The position numbers were made by a program, and so were the translations under genes. From positions 32,001 through 96,000 of the forward strand of contig JAVRCJ020000021.1 in NCBI GenBank assembly GCA_034530875.2: a stretch of DNA of 64,000 bases, given 5' to 3'. The DNA comes from Nostoc sp. DedSLP01. GTDB lineage: Bacteria; Cyanobacteriota; Cyanobacteriia; Cyanobacteriales; Nostocaceae. Each line of letters starts with the position of its first letter. Position 1 is the stretch's first letter. The notes beneath the pieces are model-generated. The model did no database searches. It was not told the DNA's origin and saw only the letters and a program-made list of their open reading frames with translations. Shown piece by piece: positions 63,840 to 64,000 of the stretch.

Positions 63840-64000
63840 CTACTGCTCCTTTGAGGGCTGAGGTTGCAAATTACTGAAATAATTTTGTAACCATTCCTCT
63901 AATACTGCACTAATATGTTTAACCACGTTGGAAGTCGGAGAAATATGCATTGTTTCTTGACTCCATTTGGCGATCGCTAGTAATAAAGATTCTCTCGTTT
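63840..64000 (-). CDS. C-terminal end of a probable sigma-70-like protein (partial)
   Basis: Manual translation ...TRESLLLAIAKWSQETMHISPTSNVVKHISAVLEEWLQNYFSNLQPQPSKEQ*. Resembles the tail of the sigma-like proteins I recall preceding DUF1822 genes. Stop is 2 nt before the DUF1822 ATG. Confidence 0.6.
   Translation of the reverse strand, partial: TRESLLLAIAKWSQETMHISPTSNVVKHISAVLEEWLQNYFSNLQPQPSKEQ

Overview
Window from a heterocyst-forming cyanobacterium (Nostocales), judged from abundant HIP1 GCGATCGC sites, heptameric STRR arrays and gene content. 1-26.8 kb is the heterocyst glycolipid (hgl) island. On the minus strand lie hglE (with a fused HglF-like tail), hglG, a fused hglD/hglC, hglA, hglB/hetM and a partial hetN-position SDR. 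Divergently lie hgdB/hgdC (DevB/DevC-like exporter), an epimerase, two GT2 enzymes, DUF2141 and hglT. 26.9-47.7 kb is mixed: TPR protein, glgB, ftsL-like/ftsI, a HAF-repeat PEP-CTERM-like protein, a diiron oxidase plus methyltransferase pair, Uma2, ChaB, HdeD and an SLH-glycoside hydrolase. 48.3-64 kb is the most interesting part. An FHA-like protein plus TPR-CHAT protease operon (+) converges on a sigma-like / DUF1822 / CHAT-CHASE2 / DUF928 operon (-). Between them sit two secreted repeat proteins preceded by the same 39-bp ECF-like promoter motif, and a 10 x 21-bp dyad repeat array upstream of a small basic coiled-coil gene. No CRISPR, tRNA or rRNA was recognised. All family assignments come from motif recognition; no database searches were run.
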